A stretch of 64,000 nt of DNA from the NCBI GenBank assembly GCA_963797555.1, contig CAWCPV010000008.1:32001-96000 (forward strand). The letters run 5' to 3'. Every line of letters begins with the position of its first letter. The stretch's first letter is position 1. This document shows, in pieces, positions 32,504 to 42,583 of the stretch. The notes under the pieces were generated by a model that was given only the letters and a program-made list of their open reading frames with translations, made no database searches and was not told the origin of the DNA. The position numbers and the translations under genes were made by a program. The stretch is from an uncultured Gammaproteobacteria bacterium. Lineage in GTDB: Bacteria > Pseudomonadota > Gammaproteobacteria > CAWCPV01.

Positions 32504-32929
32504 CTAGTGCAGAGGGCCCGCCGGGCGCTCCGGAGCCCGCGACCCGCGGCTGGGAGATGCATGGTGCAGTATGATGCGCCAGCCGGCCGGTGTCAGGCGG
32601 TAGACATTGGTAGCCACGATGGGCGGCCGCTTGTGCGGCTCGCCGCTCACGTGGATGTGCTCCTCCACGACACGGACGGCCAGGTGAGGCTCCTCAGACG
32701 CGGACACCAGGTTAACCTCGAATCGCAGTGTTGCCGTGCCTTGGAACATCTGCTCCCAGCTCCGGCGGACGGCGGCGATACCGCGCAACGCAGGCCCCAT
32801 AGGGTGGACGCAGAGGACATCGGGGTGCTCGGCCCAGACGCGCATCATGGCTTCGGTGTCCGCGGACTCGAAGGCGTGGTAGAAGGCCGCTTCGGCCGCC
32901 TCGGGATCGGAGAAGGTCTGCGCAGTCAT
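32504..32929 (-). CDS. SnoaL/NTF2-like protein
   Basis: AFYHAFE, CVHP, ATNVY, HHAS. Confidence 0.85.
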   Translation of the reverse strand: MTAQTFSDPEAAEAAFYHAFESADTEAMMRVWAEHPDVLCVHPMGPALRGIAAVRRSWEQMFQGTATLRFEVNLVSASEEPHLAVRVVEEHIHVSGEPHKRPPIVATNVYRLTPAGWRIILHHASPSRGSRAPERPAGPLH

Positions 32930-33092
32930 GGATCAGCGCCGCTAGTGACTGGGGTCAGCGGGGAATGGTCTTGGTCGGGGCGCCGTGAAATCTACACGAC
33001 GGCAGGGCGCCCGTTGAGTTCCGTGCCAGCGGCGGATGGCCACGGTGAGGTGCGGTGTTCGGCGCTCGGCGACGTTGCGTGGGTGCCCGCCT

Positions 33093-33713
33093 TCACCAGC
33101 ACACAGCGGTGTTGCCGAACAGTTGGCAGCGGCTGCCGGGGCCATACAGCATATTGCCGTAGCGCTGGTAAGGTGTCCCCAGACCCGGGAGCGTGCCGAA
33201 CGCGTGGTAAGCTGGGCCTTCTGGCCCTTCTATCATACTGCCCTGGTACCGATAGCCGTTTCCCGGTTCCGAAGGGGAGACGTACGACCGCCCGGTGCTG
33301 GGTGCGCGCGGTGCCGGGATCGCGCCGTGGGGTGTCCGCCAGGAAGGGGGTCTTGCGGCCGGGGTCCTCGGACCGGAGGCTGGCGGCCATGCCGACGGTG
33401 CCTCTGCACGATCCGGCCCGCGGCGCTGGCCGGGCCCTGCGACGTTCCCGGGGGTACCGGCGCTCGGAGCGTTCAACTCGGGGCTGCCAGGGCAGGGGGG
33501 CTGAGCACAGGGGTTTGGATAGCCATAGTAGGGCTGTTGCCGGCAAGGCCCATAGCGCAGCGGGCCCGGCGGCCAGTAGTCACGCTGCCCATACTGGGCA
33601 CCGGCCGGGATCACCGCGGCGAGCAGCAGGACCCCGAGAGGCAGCGCTGCGCTCCGTGCCCTTGTTCTCGGGCCGTTCGCGACGATCTCTTCACAAGCTC
33701 TGAGCGTTGACAT
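33093..33713 (-). CDS. Hypothetical Pro/Gly-rich secreted protein
   Basis: Hydrophobic signal-like stretch; YGN..YGPG-type repeats at the C-terminus. Confidence 0.5.
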   Translation of the reverse strand: MSTLRACEEIVANGPRTRARSAALPLGVLLLAAVIPAGAQYGQRDYWPPGPLRYGPCRQQPYYGYPNPCAQPPCPGSPELNAPSAGTPGNVAGPGQRRGPDRAEAPSAWPPASGPRTPAARPPSWRTPHGAIPAPRAPSTGRSYVSPSEPGNGYRYQGSMIEGPEGPAYHAFGTLPGLGTPYQRYGNMLYGPGSRCQLFGNTAVCW

Positions 33714-33764
33714 GGGATCTTGCCCGCCTAGCCATTGGGCCCACAATCATTCTAGACGAACCCG

Positions 33765-34670
33765 GTGATACATCGCATCACGCGACTGTTCCCGCTTTGG
33801 GCGTCGCTGTTCTGCGCGGCGGCTTGGTATCGACCCACCCCGTTTGCCGCGCTGCAGCCTGCGGTTCTGCCGCTGCTAGGGGTGGTGATGTTCGGCATGG
33901 GGATGACCCTGACCGTCGAGAGCTTTGCATTCCTTCGGCGCCGCCCGCTGCTGGTGGCGCTCGGGTGTGCACTACAGTTCAGCATCATGCCGGCGAGCGC
34001 TTGGCTGATCGCAAAGGGGCTGGCGATGCCTCCGGATCTGGCGGTCGGCATGGTGTTGGTCGGTAGCTGCCCAGGCGGTACGGCATCCAATGTCGTCTGC
34101 TACCTTGGCCGGGGCGATGTGGCACTGTCCATCACGCTGACGGCCGCGTCCACCCTTCTTGCCGTGGCGGCCACGCCGCTGCTGACTGCGTACTACGTGG
34201 GGCAAACCGTCCCGGTCCCCCGTCTGGCCATGCTGCTCGACATCGCGAAGGTAATCGTCCTGCCGGTGCTGCTGGGGATCTGGCTCAACACTTACTGGAG
34301 GGTGCTGCTGGAGCCGGTGAAGCGCTGGCTCCCGCTGGTGTCGGTGGCCGCCATCGTGCTCATCATCGCCATCATCGTGGCTCTGAATCATGCTCGCCTC
34401 GCGGGTCTCGGTCTCACCGTCGTGGTCGGGGTGGTGCTCCACAACGCGACTGGACTCGCTGGCGGCTACCTTGTTCCGTGGCTGCTGCGACTGGACGCGC
34501 GGACCTGCCGGACCCTCGCCATTGAGGTCGGCATGCAGAACTCGGGGCTGGCAGTGGCACTCGCCGGAAAATACTTCGCGCCGGCCGCAGCCTTGCCGGG
34601 AGCAGTATTCAGTATCTGGCACAACCTGAGCGGAATCGGGCTAGCCAGTCACTGGGCCAGAAGGGGATAG
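33765..34670 (+). CDS. Bile acid:sodium symporter family transporter
   Basis: MFGMG, PGGTASNV, IEVGMQNSGL. Confidence 0.92.
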   Translation: MIHRITRLFPLWASLFCAAAWYRPTPFAALQPAVLPLLGVVMFGMGMTLTVESFAFLRRRPLLVALGCALQFSIMPASAWLIAKGLAMPPDLAVGMVLVGSCPGGTASNVVCYLGRGDVALSITLTAASTLLAVAATPLLTAYYVGQTVPVPRLAMLLDIAKVIVLPVLLGIWLNTYWRVLLEPVKRWLPLVSVAAIVLIIAIIVALNHARLAGLGLTVVVGVVLHNATGLAGGYLVPWLLRLDARTCRTLAIEVGMQNSGLAVALAGKYFAPAAALPGAVFSIWHNLSGIGLASHWARRG

Positions 34671-34672
34671 CA

Positions 34673-35446
34673 GTGTTGCACGACAGCGGCGTCGCGATCC
34701 ACGTGGAGGACCTGTCCAAGCGTTATCAGGAGATGCTGGCCGTCGACGGTGTGAGCTTCGAAGTCGCCGCCGGCGCCACCTGCGCCCTTCTTGGCGGCAA
34801 CGGCGCCGGCAAGACTACCACCCTGGCCATGTTGCTGGGCCTGCTGCTTCCCACCGAAGGGCGCATTACCATCCTTGGCGAGGACATGCTGCGTCACCGT
34901 TATCGGGTGCTGCCTCGGATGAACTTCTCCTCGCCGTATGTGGACTTGCCGCAGCGCTTGACAGTGGCCCAGAACCTGACGGTGTACGCCCGTCTATACG
35001 GACTGCGGGACATCCGCGGGCGCCTGGCAAGGCTGGGCGAGGACTTGGACGTCGCACAGTTCATGAACCGTCCCTATGGCACGCTTTCCTCCGGGCAGAG
35101 GACCCGCGTGGCACTGGCCAAGTCTCTCCTCAATCAGCCGGAGGTGCTGCTCATGGACGAGCCCACAGCGTCCCTGGATCCCGATACTGCCGACCGGATG
35201 AGAGCCTACCTTCAGGCCTATCAGCGGACCTCGGGGGCCACAATTCTGCTCGCCTCCCACAACATGCTGGAAGTGGAACGCCTGTGTAGCGATGTCATCA
35301 TGCTGCGTGCGGGCCGCATCGTGGATCACGGGACCCCGAAGGTGCTGATCGCCAGGCATGGGCGCAAGACCTTGGAGGAAGTCTTCCTGGACATCGCACG
35401 GGAGCGAAGCTCGCGGGAGGCCGAGCTGCGGCGAGCGACTTCATGA
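34673..35446 (+). CDS. ABC transporter ATP-binding protein
   Basis: GGNGAGKTT, LSSGQ, MDEPTASLD. Confidence 0.92.
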   Translation: MLHDSGVAIHVEDLSKRYQEMLAVDGVSFEVAAGATCALLGGNGAGKTTTLAMLLGLLLPTEGRITILGEDMLRHRYRVLPRMNFSSPYVDLPQRLTVAQNLTVYARLYGLRDIRGRLARLGEDLDVAQFMNRPYGTLSSGQRTRVALAKSLLNQPEVLLMDEPTASLDPDTADRMRAYLQAYQRTSGATILLASHNMLEVERLCSDVIMLRAGRIVDHGTPKVLIARHGRKTLEEVFLDIARERSSREAELRRATS

Positions 35447-36243
35447 ACGCGTTCTCGCTGCGCCGCCTCGGGGCCATGGTGCTGCGCTATGTGTACCTGT
35501 TGAAGGGTTCCTGGCCGCGGGTGCTGGAGCTGGCGTATTGGCCCACCATGCAGATGATCCTATGGGGGTTCATTACGCTCTTCCTGCTTCAGCACAGCGC
35601 CTGGGTGGCACGGGCCTCGGGCGTGCTGCTCTCGGCGGTGCTGCTGTGGGACGTGCTGTTTCGCGGCCAGCTAGGGGTGTCCCTGTCCTTCTTCGAGGAG
35701 ATGTACTCGCGCAATCTCGGACAGCTATTCGTCAGTCCCCTGCGGCCTTACGAGTTGGTGGCCGCGACGTTGCTCATCAGCCTGATCCGCACGGTGATCG
35801 GTGTGGGGGCCGCCGCGCTGCTGGCCATCGCGTTCTACCACTACTCCATCTTCAGCATGGGGCTGCCCCTGCTCGCCTTCTTCTGCAACCTGCTGGTGAT
35901 GGGGTGGGCCATCGGACTGATGGTTTCGGCGCTGGTGCTGCGCTATGGCTTGGGCGCCGAGAGCTTGGCCTGGGTGGCGATCTTCGCCGTGCAGCCGGTC
36001 AGCGGCATCTACTACCCCATCGCCGTGCTGCCCGGCTGGCTGCAAGCGGTAGCCATGTGGCTCCCCTCCAGCCACGTCTTCGAGGGGATGCGGGCAGTGC
36101 TCATCGAGCACCGTTTCCCCGTCGGTCAACTGCTGACCGCTGCCCTTCTGAATGTCTTGTATCTGGCGTTGGGCGTAGTGGTCTTCTTGTATGCTTTTCA
36201 GGTCGCCCGCCGGCGCGGGCTGCTGTTACACGTGGGTGAGTGA
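35443..36243 (+). CDS. ABC-2 type permease
   Basis: Six TM segments, SGIYYP...LP.WLQ. Confidence 0.9.
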   Translation: MNAFSLRRLGAMVLRYVYLLKGSWPRVLELAYWPTMQMILWGFITLFLLQHSAWVARASGVLLSAVLLWDVLFRGQLGVSLSFFEEMYSRNLGQLFVSPLRPYELVAATLLISLIRTVIGVGAAALLAIAFYHYSIFSMGLPLLAFFCNLLVMGWAIGLMVSALVLRYGLGAESLAWVAIFAVQPVSGIYYPIAVLPGWLQAVAMWLPSSHVFEGMRAVLIEHRFPVGQLLTAALLNVLYLALGVVVFLYAFQVARRRGLLLHVGE

Positions 36244-36287
36244 GGACGAGCCGCGCGCGACCGAGCTGGCGGCCGTCCGCGCAGAGG

Positions 36288-37118
36288 CTATAGGCGATGG
36301 CCCGCGATGCTGAGCAGGAGCAGCATTGCACCCATCAGGACGGGCTGGTGAAGCATGTAGATCATCAGACTGTGGCGGCCTGTGGCGGCCAGCACGCTCG
36401 CCGCGGGGTGGGGGTAGCGCGCGGTGGCCCAGGCGGGTGGCGCGGACTTCCCGTACACGTGCTGTCCCACGAAGATCCCCAGCAAGACCACGCCGAGCCA
36501 CGGGACGACGGGTACGTAGTCCTCAGTGGGCGGTTTGTATGTCATCAGCCCGATCCAGCGCAGGGCCGGGTGATCGAACCATGCCAGTCGCACGGCGTGT
36601 CCGACTATCAGAAGGGTGGCTCCCACAGCCAGGTTCGCCGGACCGAGCCGCAAGAAGGGCAGAGCGAGAAAGCTCGCGATCGCGATGAAGTGCAGTACAC
36701 CGAAATAGATCCACCGCTGAGGAAACAGGAGATAACTGCCGGCACTCACCAGCGCTGCACACCCGCCGATGCGCACCAGCCGGGCGAGAAAGTTCCGCCA
36801 GCGCATCACCGGACTGCTCGCGAGGGACAGGCTGACCCCGACGACGCCGAGGAACAGGCTGAGGATGAGGATGCGGGACCCCCGCCAGAACGGCGACTGG
36901 TAGAAGTCGAAACGGGCGAGGCGGAAGTAGTTCAGGTCGTAGCAGAAGTGGTAGATGACCATGAGGACGACGGCACCGCCGCGCGCTATATCTACCAGCA
37001 CGCGGCGCGGCGTGGGCGGAGCCTGCGCCGGACCGGGAGGTACAGGCTGTGGCCGGGCCCGCGCAGCCGAGGGGGCGCGCCGAGACCTTTTGCCGCGAGT
37101 TTTGTGACGGCGGACCAA
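36288..37118 (-). CDS. DUF1624 / heparan-alpha-glucosaminide N-acetyltransferase-like membrane protein
   Basis: DIARG, YHFCYDL, FGVLH, DYVP..PW, GRHSLMIYMLHQP. Confidence 0.85.
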   Translation of the reverse strand: MVRRHKTRGKRSRRAPSAARARPQPVPPGPAQAPPTPRRVLVDIARGGAVVLMVIYHFCYDLNYFRLARFDFYQSPFWRGSRILILSLFLGVVGVSLSLASSPVMRWRNFLARLVRIGGCAALVSAGSYLLFPQRWIYFGVLHFIAIASFLALPFLRLGPANLAVGATLLIVGHAVRLAWFDHPALRWIGLMTYKPPTEDYVPVVPWLGVVLLGIFVGQHVYGKSAPPAWATARYPHPAASVLAATGRHSLMIYMLHQPVLMGAMLLLLSIAGHRL

Positions 37119-37165
37119 GCCGTGTTGCCTCCAGGGCCTTTGGGGCTAAAGCAGACTCAGCCCGA

Positions 37166-37870
37166 TTAGCGGAGCCTGGTGGGAAGCTCCGTGACTGACG
37201 CGCCGCACGCCAGCCGGTGCGCCCACCGCGTCGTCTGCGGAAGCCGGTAACGAGTCGTGCAGCGCATCACGACTGCGATGGCCCTTTCGAGACCGACCCG
37301 ATGGCCGATGGAGACATAGAGAGGCCGCGTGTGGAGCTGGGTACGCAACACCGCGCCGATCATCTCGCCGCAGTCCCACAGAGGCTCCCAGGCGCCGCAC
37401 GTATCCGCTACCTCGCCGTGCTCCCCGATGAGGCGGGTCTTCGCCACGCCGACGCTCGGAATATCGTTCAGCACCCCCAGATGGCAGGCCAGGCCGAACC
37501 GGCGCGGGTGTGCCAGCCCCTGTCCGTCGCAAAGCACGAGGTCGGGCATGACCGCGAGCGCCCCGAGCGCCTCCAGGACCGCCGGCAGCTCACGGAACGA
37601 GAGCAACCCCGGGACATAGGGAAACCGCGCCTCCACTTCGCACACGCTCCAGTCCACCAAATCGAGGCCGGGCAGACGCAGCACGGCCGCCGCGGCGCGG
37701 GCGCGAAACGAGGAGAAGGCCACGTCGATGCCGGCGACGAGCTTGACCTCGCCGAGCTGATCGGAGGTCACGACGTGAGCCCGCAGTCGTTCCTGGATAG
37801 ATAGAGCTTCGCGGGGATCGACGTTCCAGGCGTGGCTGTGGCGAAAGCGCTCAGCACGGCCGGGCCGCAT
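37166..37870 (-). CDS. nfi: Endonuclease V
   Basis: AGIDV, PYVPGLLSFRE, DGQGLAHPRRFGLACH. Confidence 0.95.
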   Translation of the reverse strand: MRPGRAERFRHSHAWNVDPREALSIQERLRAHVVTSDQLGEVKLVAGIDVAFSSFRARAAAAVLRLPGLDLVDWSVCEVEARFPYVPGLLSFRELPAVLEALGALAVMPDLVLCDGQGLAHPRRFGLACHLGVLNDIPSVGVAKTRLIGEHGEVADTCGAWEPLWDCGEMIGAVLRTQLHTRPLYVSIGHRVGLERAIAVVMRCTTRYRLPQTTRWAHRLACGASVTELPTRLR

Positions 37871-38046
37871 GGCGGGGCCAATCGGCGGGCGTCCCGCCGG
37901 CCCTTCTACGGCTCGAATCCTGAGGCCCACCTCGTGGGCACGCGGTGACCCCAAAAAGTCCACTTCGTGCTCGCCCCCCGGTGAATGGACGGACGGCGAA
38001 ACTTTGCCCCAATGCCGATGGAGGCCGGGAGGTTTTTCATAGACTG

Positions 38047-38391
38047 TCAGGGCTTCTTGGGGGCGCTGCCGGGCGGATATACGGGCAGCGGAAACGGGGT
38101 CACATTGTCACCGGTGGGGGTGCTGATTTTGTTGACGCCCTCTTTCTCCACCTCGTCGATGCGGATGACGGCGTGCATAGGCAGATACGTCTTGCGGACG
38201 CCAGCGAACTCCTCTTTTAGCCGCTCCTCCGACGGGTCGACTATCAGCTCGGAACGTTCCCCGAAGATCAGCTCTTCCATCTCGACGAAGCCAAACATTC
38301 CCCCGGTGCTTACACGCCGAGCGTGCACCTCGTACACTTTGCCCTGGTTGTAAAAGACGACCCGGTAGATGTCCTTACTCTTCATGTGCAC
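38047..38391 (-). CDS. DUF1820 family protein
   Basis: YRVVFYNQGKVYE, VDPSEERLK.EF, IRIDEV. Confidence 0.85.
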   Translation of the reverse strand: MHMKSKDIYRVVFYNQGKVYEVHARRVSTGGMFGFVEMEELIFGERSELIVDPSEERLKEEFAGVRKTYLPMHAVIRIDEVEKEGVNKISTPTGDNVTPFPLPVYPPGSAPKKP

Positions 38392-38508
38392 GCTCTCGAC
38401 AAGACCCGAGGGAGCCCTTCCGCTGCGTCATAGGCTCCGTCGCGGGGGCGGGAAACGCCGTCGGCGCGGCTGCTCGTGAAGCTACGCGGGGGTGCCGCGC
38501 AGCCCGCC

Positions 38509-39126
38509 TCAGGCTTCACGGCCCAGACGCGACTGCAGCGGGCTGCTGCGGGGGAAGTGTGCGAGCAGGAATTCGAGTTGATCCGCTAACACTCGCCGGC
38601 CTTGGAGGTAGATGTACTCGGCGTAAGTGGGTATGAACGGCACGGCGAGAAGAGCCATGCCGGCCTGCTCCGGGCTGCGCCCCGCCTTGTGGTGGTTGCA
38701 ACGCTTGCACGCTGTGACCACGTTGTTCCAGCAGTCTTGTCCGCCCTGGCTCAATGGGGTGACGTGATCGCGGGACAGTTCCGTGGCCGGGAGACGCAAG
38801 CCGCAGTACATGCACAGATGCGCGTCGCGCCGGAACAAGGCCCCATTGTTCATGGGCGGGACGTACTGCTCGCGGGCCTTGAGCCAGCCCTGATGGGCCC
38901 CGCACGTGGCAAGGATCGCGCTCACCGAGATGACGCTGCGGTTTCCCGTCTTTGCATTGAAGCCGCCGCGAATGTCGTACAGATGGGTTCCGCACGAGTA
39001 AGCCACCTGCCCCTGGTGATGGAGGCGCGCGGCGTTCTGGTAGCCGATCCACTCCAGCGGCATACCGGCGACGTCGGTGCGTAGGACTTGCTGGCTAAGG
39101 TCATACATGGCTAATTGCTCGTACAT
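38509..39126 (-). CDS. HNH endonuclease
   Basis: RDAHLCMYCG, DHVTP, NVVTACKRCN. Confidence 0.9.
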   Translation of the reverse strand: MYEQLAMYDLSQQVLRTDVAGMPLEWIGYQNAARLHHQGQVAYSCGTHLYDIRGGFNAKTGNRSVISVSAILATCGAHQGWLKAREQYVPPMNNGALFRRDAHLCMYCGLRLPATELSRDHVTPLSQGGQDCWNNVVTACKRCNHHKAGRSPEQAGMALLAVPFIPTYAEYIYLQGRRVLADQLEFLLAHFPRSSPLQSRLGREA

Positions 39127-39244
39127 TGAGCCCAGCCCGGCACGCTTACCGATGCCGCTGATGGGCGCCAACATCTTACCCGTAAATAGCTGCTTCAGCC
39201 AGGGGCCGGCTGGCGCGCCGGCAGGCCGGCAAGGGCTTGCACCG

Positions 39245-40597
39245 CTAGGAGGCTTGTCCGCTGAGGGGAACGACGGGCCGCCCGATAGCGTAATAAGTGA
39301 ATCCCTCGTCCCGAAGCACCCGTGGGTCGTAGAGATTGCGGCCGTCGAAGATCACCGGCTCCTTGAGCGCAGCCTTGATTCTTCCGAAGTCAGGGCTGCG
39401 AAACACATTCCATTCGGTGACGACCACGAGCGCGTTAGCCCCTTCGACTGCGCTCTCGGGGCTGTCGCAAAGCACTAGGTCGTTACGACCGTCGTAAAGA
39501 CGTTGTGCCTCGTGCATCGCCTCGGGATCGAATGCCCGGATGCGCGCGCCATGCTGCCAGAGCGCCTCCATCAGGGTGCGGCTCGGTGCTGCCCGCATGT
39601 CATCCGTATTCGGCTTGAACGCGAGTCCCCACAGGGCGAATGTGCGGCCCCTCAGGTCGGCGCTGAAGTGCTCGGCAATCTTTTCGAATAGGCGCTGCTT
39701 CTGGCGGTCGTTGACTGCATCGACGGCACGCAGCAGATTGGCGTCGTAATCCGCCATCGAAGCAGTGCGGATCAGCGCCCGAACGTCTTTGGGGAAACAC
39801 GAGCCTCCGTAGCCGCACCCAGGGTAGATGAAGTGATATCCGATACGTGGGTCGGAGCCGATGCCCACGCGCACCTGCTCGATGTCTGCGCCCAGACGTT
39901 CGGCGAGGTTGGCCAGCTCGTTCATGAAGCTGATTTTGGTCGCAAGCATGGCATTGGCGGCGTACTTGGTCAGCTCCGCCGAGCGCACGTCCATATCGAT
40001 GAGGCGGTCGTGGTTGCGGTTGAAGGGAGCATAGAGCGCTCGCAGTAACTCTGTGGTTCGCGCATTATCGGTCCCCACTACGATGCGGTCAGGCTTCATG
40101 AAATCCTCTATGGCGTTCCCTTCCTTCAGGAACTCCGGATTGGACACCACGTCGAACGGGGCCTGCAGCTCCCGTTCATCGAGGACGTCCTGGATGACTC
40201 GGCGCACCAAATCAGCCGTTCCCACGGGGACCGTGGACTTGTTCACGACCACCCGGTACGCGGTGTCCATATGGCGGCCGATGGCGCGGGCCACGGCGAC
40301 TACGTGCTGCAGATCGGCGGAGCCGTCTTCGTCCGGTGGGGTCCCGACCGCGATGAACTGGAACAGCCCGTGGGCCACGCCGGACGCCGCGTCCGTGGTG
40401 AAGCCCAGGCGACCGGCCTCTCGATTGTGGCGGACCAGTTCCTCGAGCCCCGGCTCGTGGATCGGAATCCTGCCTCGGTTGAGACCTTCGATCTTGCGGG
40501 CGTCCACATCGACGCACGTCACGTGGTTGCCCATCTCTGCCAGGCAAGCGCCGGTGACGAGCCCAACGTAACCAGTGCCGAAGATGGTCACCTTCAT
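39245..40597 (-). CDS. ugd: UDP-glucose 6-dehydrogenase
   Basis: [29 protein letters not shown]. Confidence 0.95.
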   Translation of the reverse strand: MKVTIFGTGYVGLVTGACLAEMGNHVTCVDVDARKIEGLNRGRIPIHEPGLEELVRHNREAGRLGFTTDAASGVAHGLFQFIAVGTPPDEDGSADLQHVVAVARAIGRHMDTAYRVVVNKSTVPVGTADLVRRVIQDVLDERELQAPFDVVSNPEFLKEGNAIEDFMKPDRIVVGTDNARTTELLRALYAPFNRNHDRLIDMDVRSAELTKYAANAMLATKISFMNELANLAERLGADIEQVRVGIGSDPRIGYHFIYPGCGYGGSCFPKDVRALIRTASMADYDANLLRAVDAVNDRQKQRLFEKIAEHFSADLRGRTFALWGLAFKPNTDDMRAAPSRTLMEALWQHGARIRAFDPEAMHEAQRLYDGRNDLVLCDSPESAVEGANALVVVTEWNVFRSPDFGRIKAALKEPVIFDGRNLYDPRVLRDEGFTYYAIGRPVVPLSGQAS

Positions 40598-40714
40598 TTT
40601 CTGTCGCGTCTCCCAGTGTGAGCTGGCGTGCTCCCTCTGCCAGCGGCGGATTATACACCGGGGCTGGGTCGGCGCCGCGCAGGCACAGCCGGCGCCATGG
40701 AGTATGATAGCTAT

Positions 40715-41061
40715 GGGAGTCGGCCGGGCAGCCGCTGCACCGGTTTCGGTACAGAGGAAAGTCCGGGCTCCGCAGGGCAGGGTGCCAGGTAACACCTGGG
40801 GGGCGCGAGCCCACGGAAAGTGCCACAGAAACGACACCGCCTAAGCGCCATCGGCGCCGGTAAGGGTGAAATGGTGCGGTAAGAGCGCACCGCATCGGTG
40901 GCAACACCGGTGGCAGGGCAAACCCCACCCGGAGCAAGACCAAATAGGGGGACTATAGCGTGGCCCGCGCTGTCCCCGGGTAGGTCGCTAGAGGTGCGCG
41001 GCGACGCGCATCCCAGAGGGATGGCTGTCCACGACAGAACCCGGCTTACAGGCCGACTCCC
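40715..41061 (+). ncRNA. rnpB: RNase P RNA (type A)
   Basis: GAGGAAAGTCCGGGCTCC ... ACAGAACCCGGCTTA; P1 ends GGGAGTCGGCC/GGCCGACTCCC; TATGAT -10 at 40703. Confidence 0.97.
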
Positions 41062-41355
41062 GCCTCTCTCGGCGCCTTCCCTTGACCGAAGCTTGAGCGT
41101 ACCGTTCCGGCGACATCCGTGCGTCGGGGCGTGGGAGGAGGTCTCAATACTCAACGAGCTAGCGGAGCGGGCTTGCAAGCGGAGCAGTCCTTGATACGTA
41201 GACTTGTCGGCGGCATGTCGCGTGCCATACGTCGCCGCGAGCCATTGTGAAGCTCATCAGGTGGCGCGTTAAACGAACCAGTCGCTGCCCCGCCTTACAC
41301 GCCACCCCCACGATTCTTCCATTTCGCCGCAAAGGTAACGCCCGTCTACAAGGAG

Positions 41356-42291
41356 TCATGGCACGGCGCCAGAATGTTTGGCAAAACGTGTGGGCGTAAA
41401 GACATGTCCGGAATCTGCCTGCCAATGGCGCCCGTCAGACGCCGTCAAGACCCCAGTGCAGGCTGCAGGCAGCTTGGGGAGGGCGGGAGGTCCACGTTGC
41501 GCAACTTGTCTTGCCATCTCCCTGGCCTCGTCCGAAAACCACCAGTCCAGGCTCCCATCGCAGCCATCGCCCTTAGGCACGGGCTCCTGCGCCACGCAAA
41601 GTTTATCGCCACGGGGGCAACGCAGCCGCACATGGAAATGGTCATCATGTCCCCACCAGGGGCGGAGCTTGTGCAGCCATGCCTTGTCCCCGAGCCCATC
41701 CCGCTTTGCGTCGTCGCACAGCTCCTTCTTGATCAACGGGTGCACGAAGATGCGGTCCACCTCACTGCTTGCGGCGGCCAAGCGTAGCATCTCGATCTGG
41801 GTGGGTGTCCAGACCTGCCGATTGAGGCTCTGGCCGCCGGGCGCTAGCATGCTGGGCGCAGACCAGCGCTCGCGTTCGTCTTGACTCAGCGTGCCATGAT
41901 TCGCGTCAGGCGGAAGCCAAAACCAAATATCCACGTCCAGCCCGGTTTGGTGGCTGCGGTGCATGGAGGGCGAGGGCCCGCCCCTCGCCTGCGCAAGATC
42001 GCCAACGAGCATGGCGACACCATAACGCGCGGTGAGTTCCTGACCCAAACGGCGCACGAAGCGCACCAGTGTGGGGTGACCGTAGAAGCGTCTGCGGCTG
42101 AGCTTCATCAGGTGGTAGCCTTGACCATCGGCAGGCAGCGTCCGCCCGCCCTGCAAGCAGCCCGCGGTATCCTTGCCGATGGCTTCGGACCCACCCGCGC
42201 TGGGTGTTGCGACTTGCGCCCAGGGATCGGTAGCACTCAGGGCGGTTGAACACACGAGCAGCATTATCAGCACTGGCCACGTGCAGGACAT
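41356..42291 (-). CDS. mepA: Penicillin-insensitive murein endopeptidase
   Basis: AGCL, YGHP, HRSHQTGLDVDIW, RPWWGHDDHFHVRL. Confidence 0.92.
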   Translation of the reverse strand: MSCTWPVLIMLLVCSTALSATDPWAQVATPSAGGSEAIGKDTAGCLQGGRTLPADGQGYHLMKLSRRRFYGHPTLVRFVRRLGQELTARYGVAMLVGDLAQARGGPSPSMHRSHQTGLDVDIWFWLPPDANHGTLSQDERERWSAPSMLAPGGQSLNRQVWTPTQIEMLRLAAASSEVDRIFVHPLIKKELCDDAKRDGLGDKAWLHKLRPWWGHDDHFHVRLRCPRGDKLCVAQEPVPKGDGCDGSLDWWFSDEAREMARQVAQRGPPALPKLPAACTGVLTASDGRHWQADSGHVFTPTRFAKHSGAVP

Positions 42292-42583
42292 CCCGCCCGA
42301 GGCTCTTCCGCCGTGAGCCAGATCCCGATCCATCTCGGCGTGACGACTCGCGCTTTCCAACGCCATCTCCCCACTGATGTCTCCCCCCAACGCGGGGGAA
42401 GTCATGGTGCTTGCTACGACGAAGCCAGGAAGCCAGATGATCTGGGCCGTTGTCAAGCAGGGCTACAACCTCGCACTCGACGCGCTCGACACGCGGTTAT
42501 GTACTCAAGGTGGACGCAGCCTACGGGGGGGGCAGGCGTTCCCCCGGCGGAGAGCCGGAGTTCCCGTACCGGTGCGCCCCGCC

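Noticed and set aside
40711-41194. ORFs overlapping 40.7-41.2 kb and the N-terminal extension of ugd
   Set aside because: The region is the RNase P RNA gene
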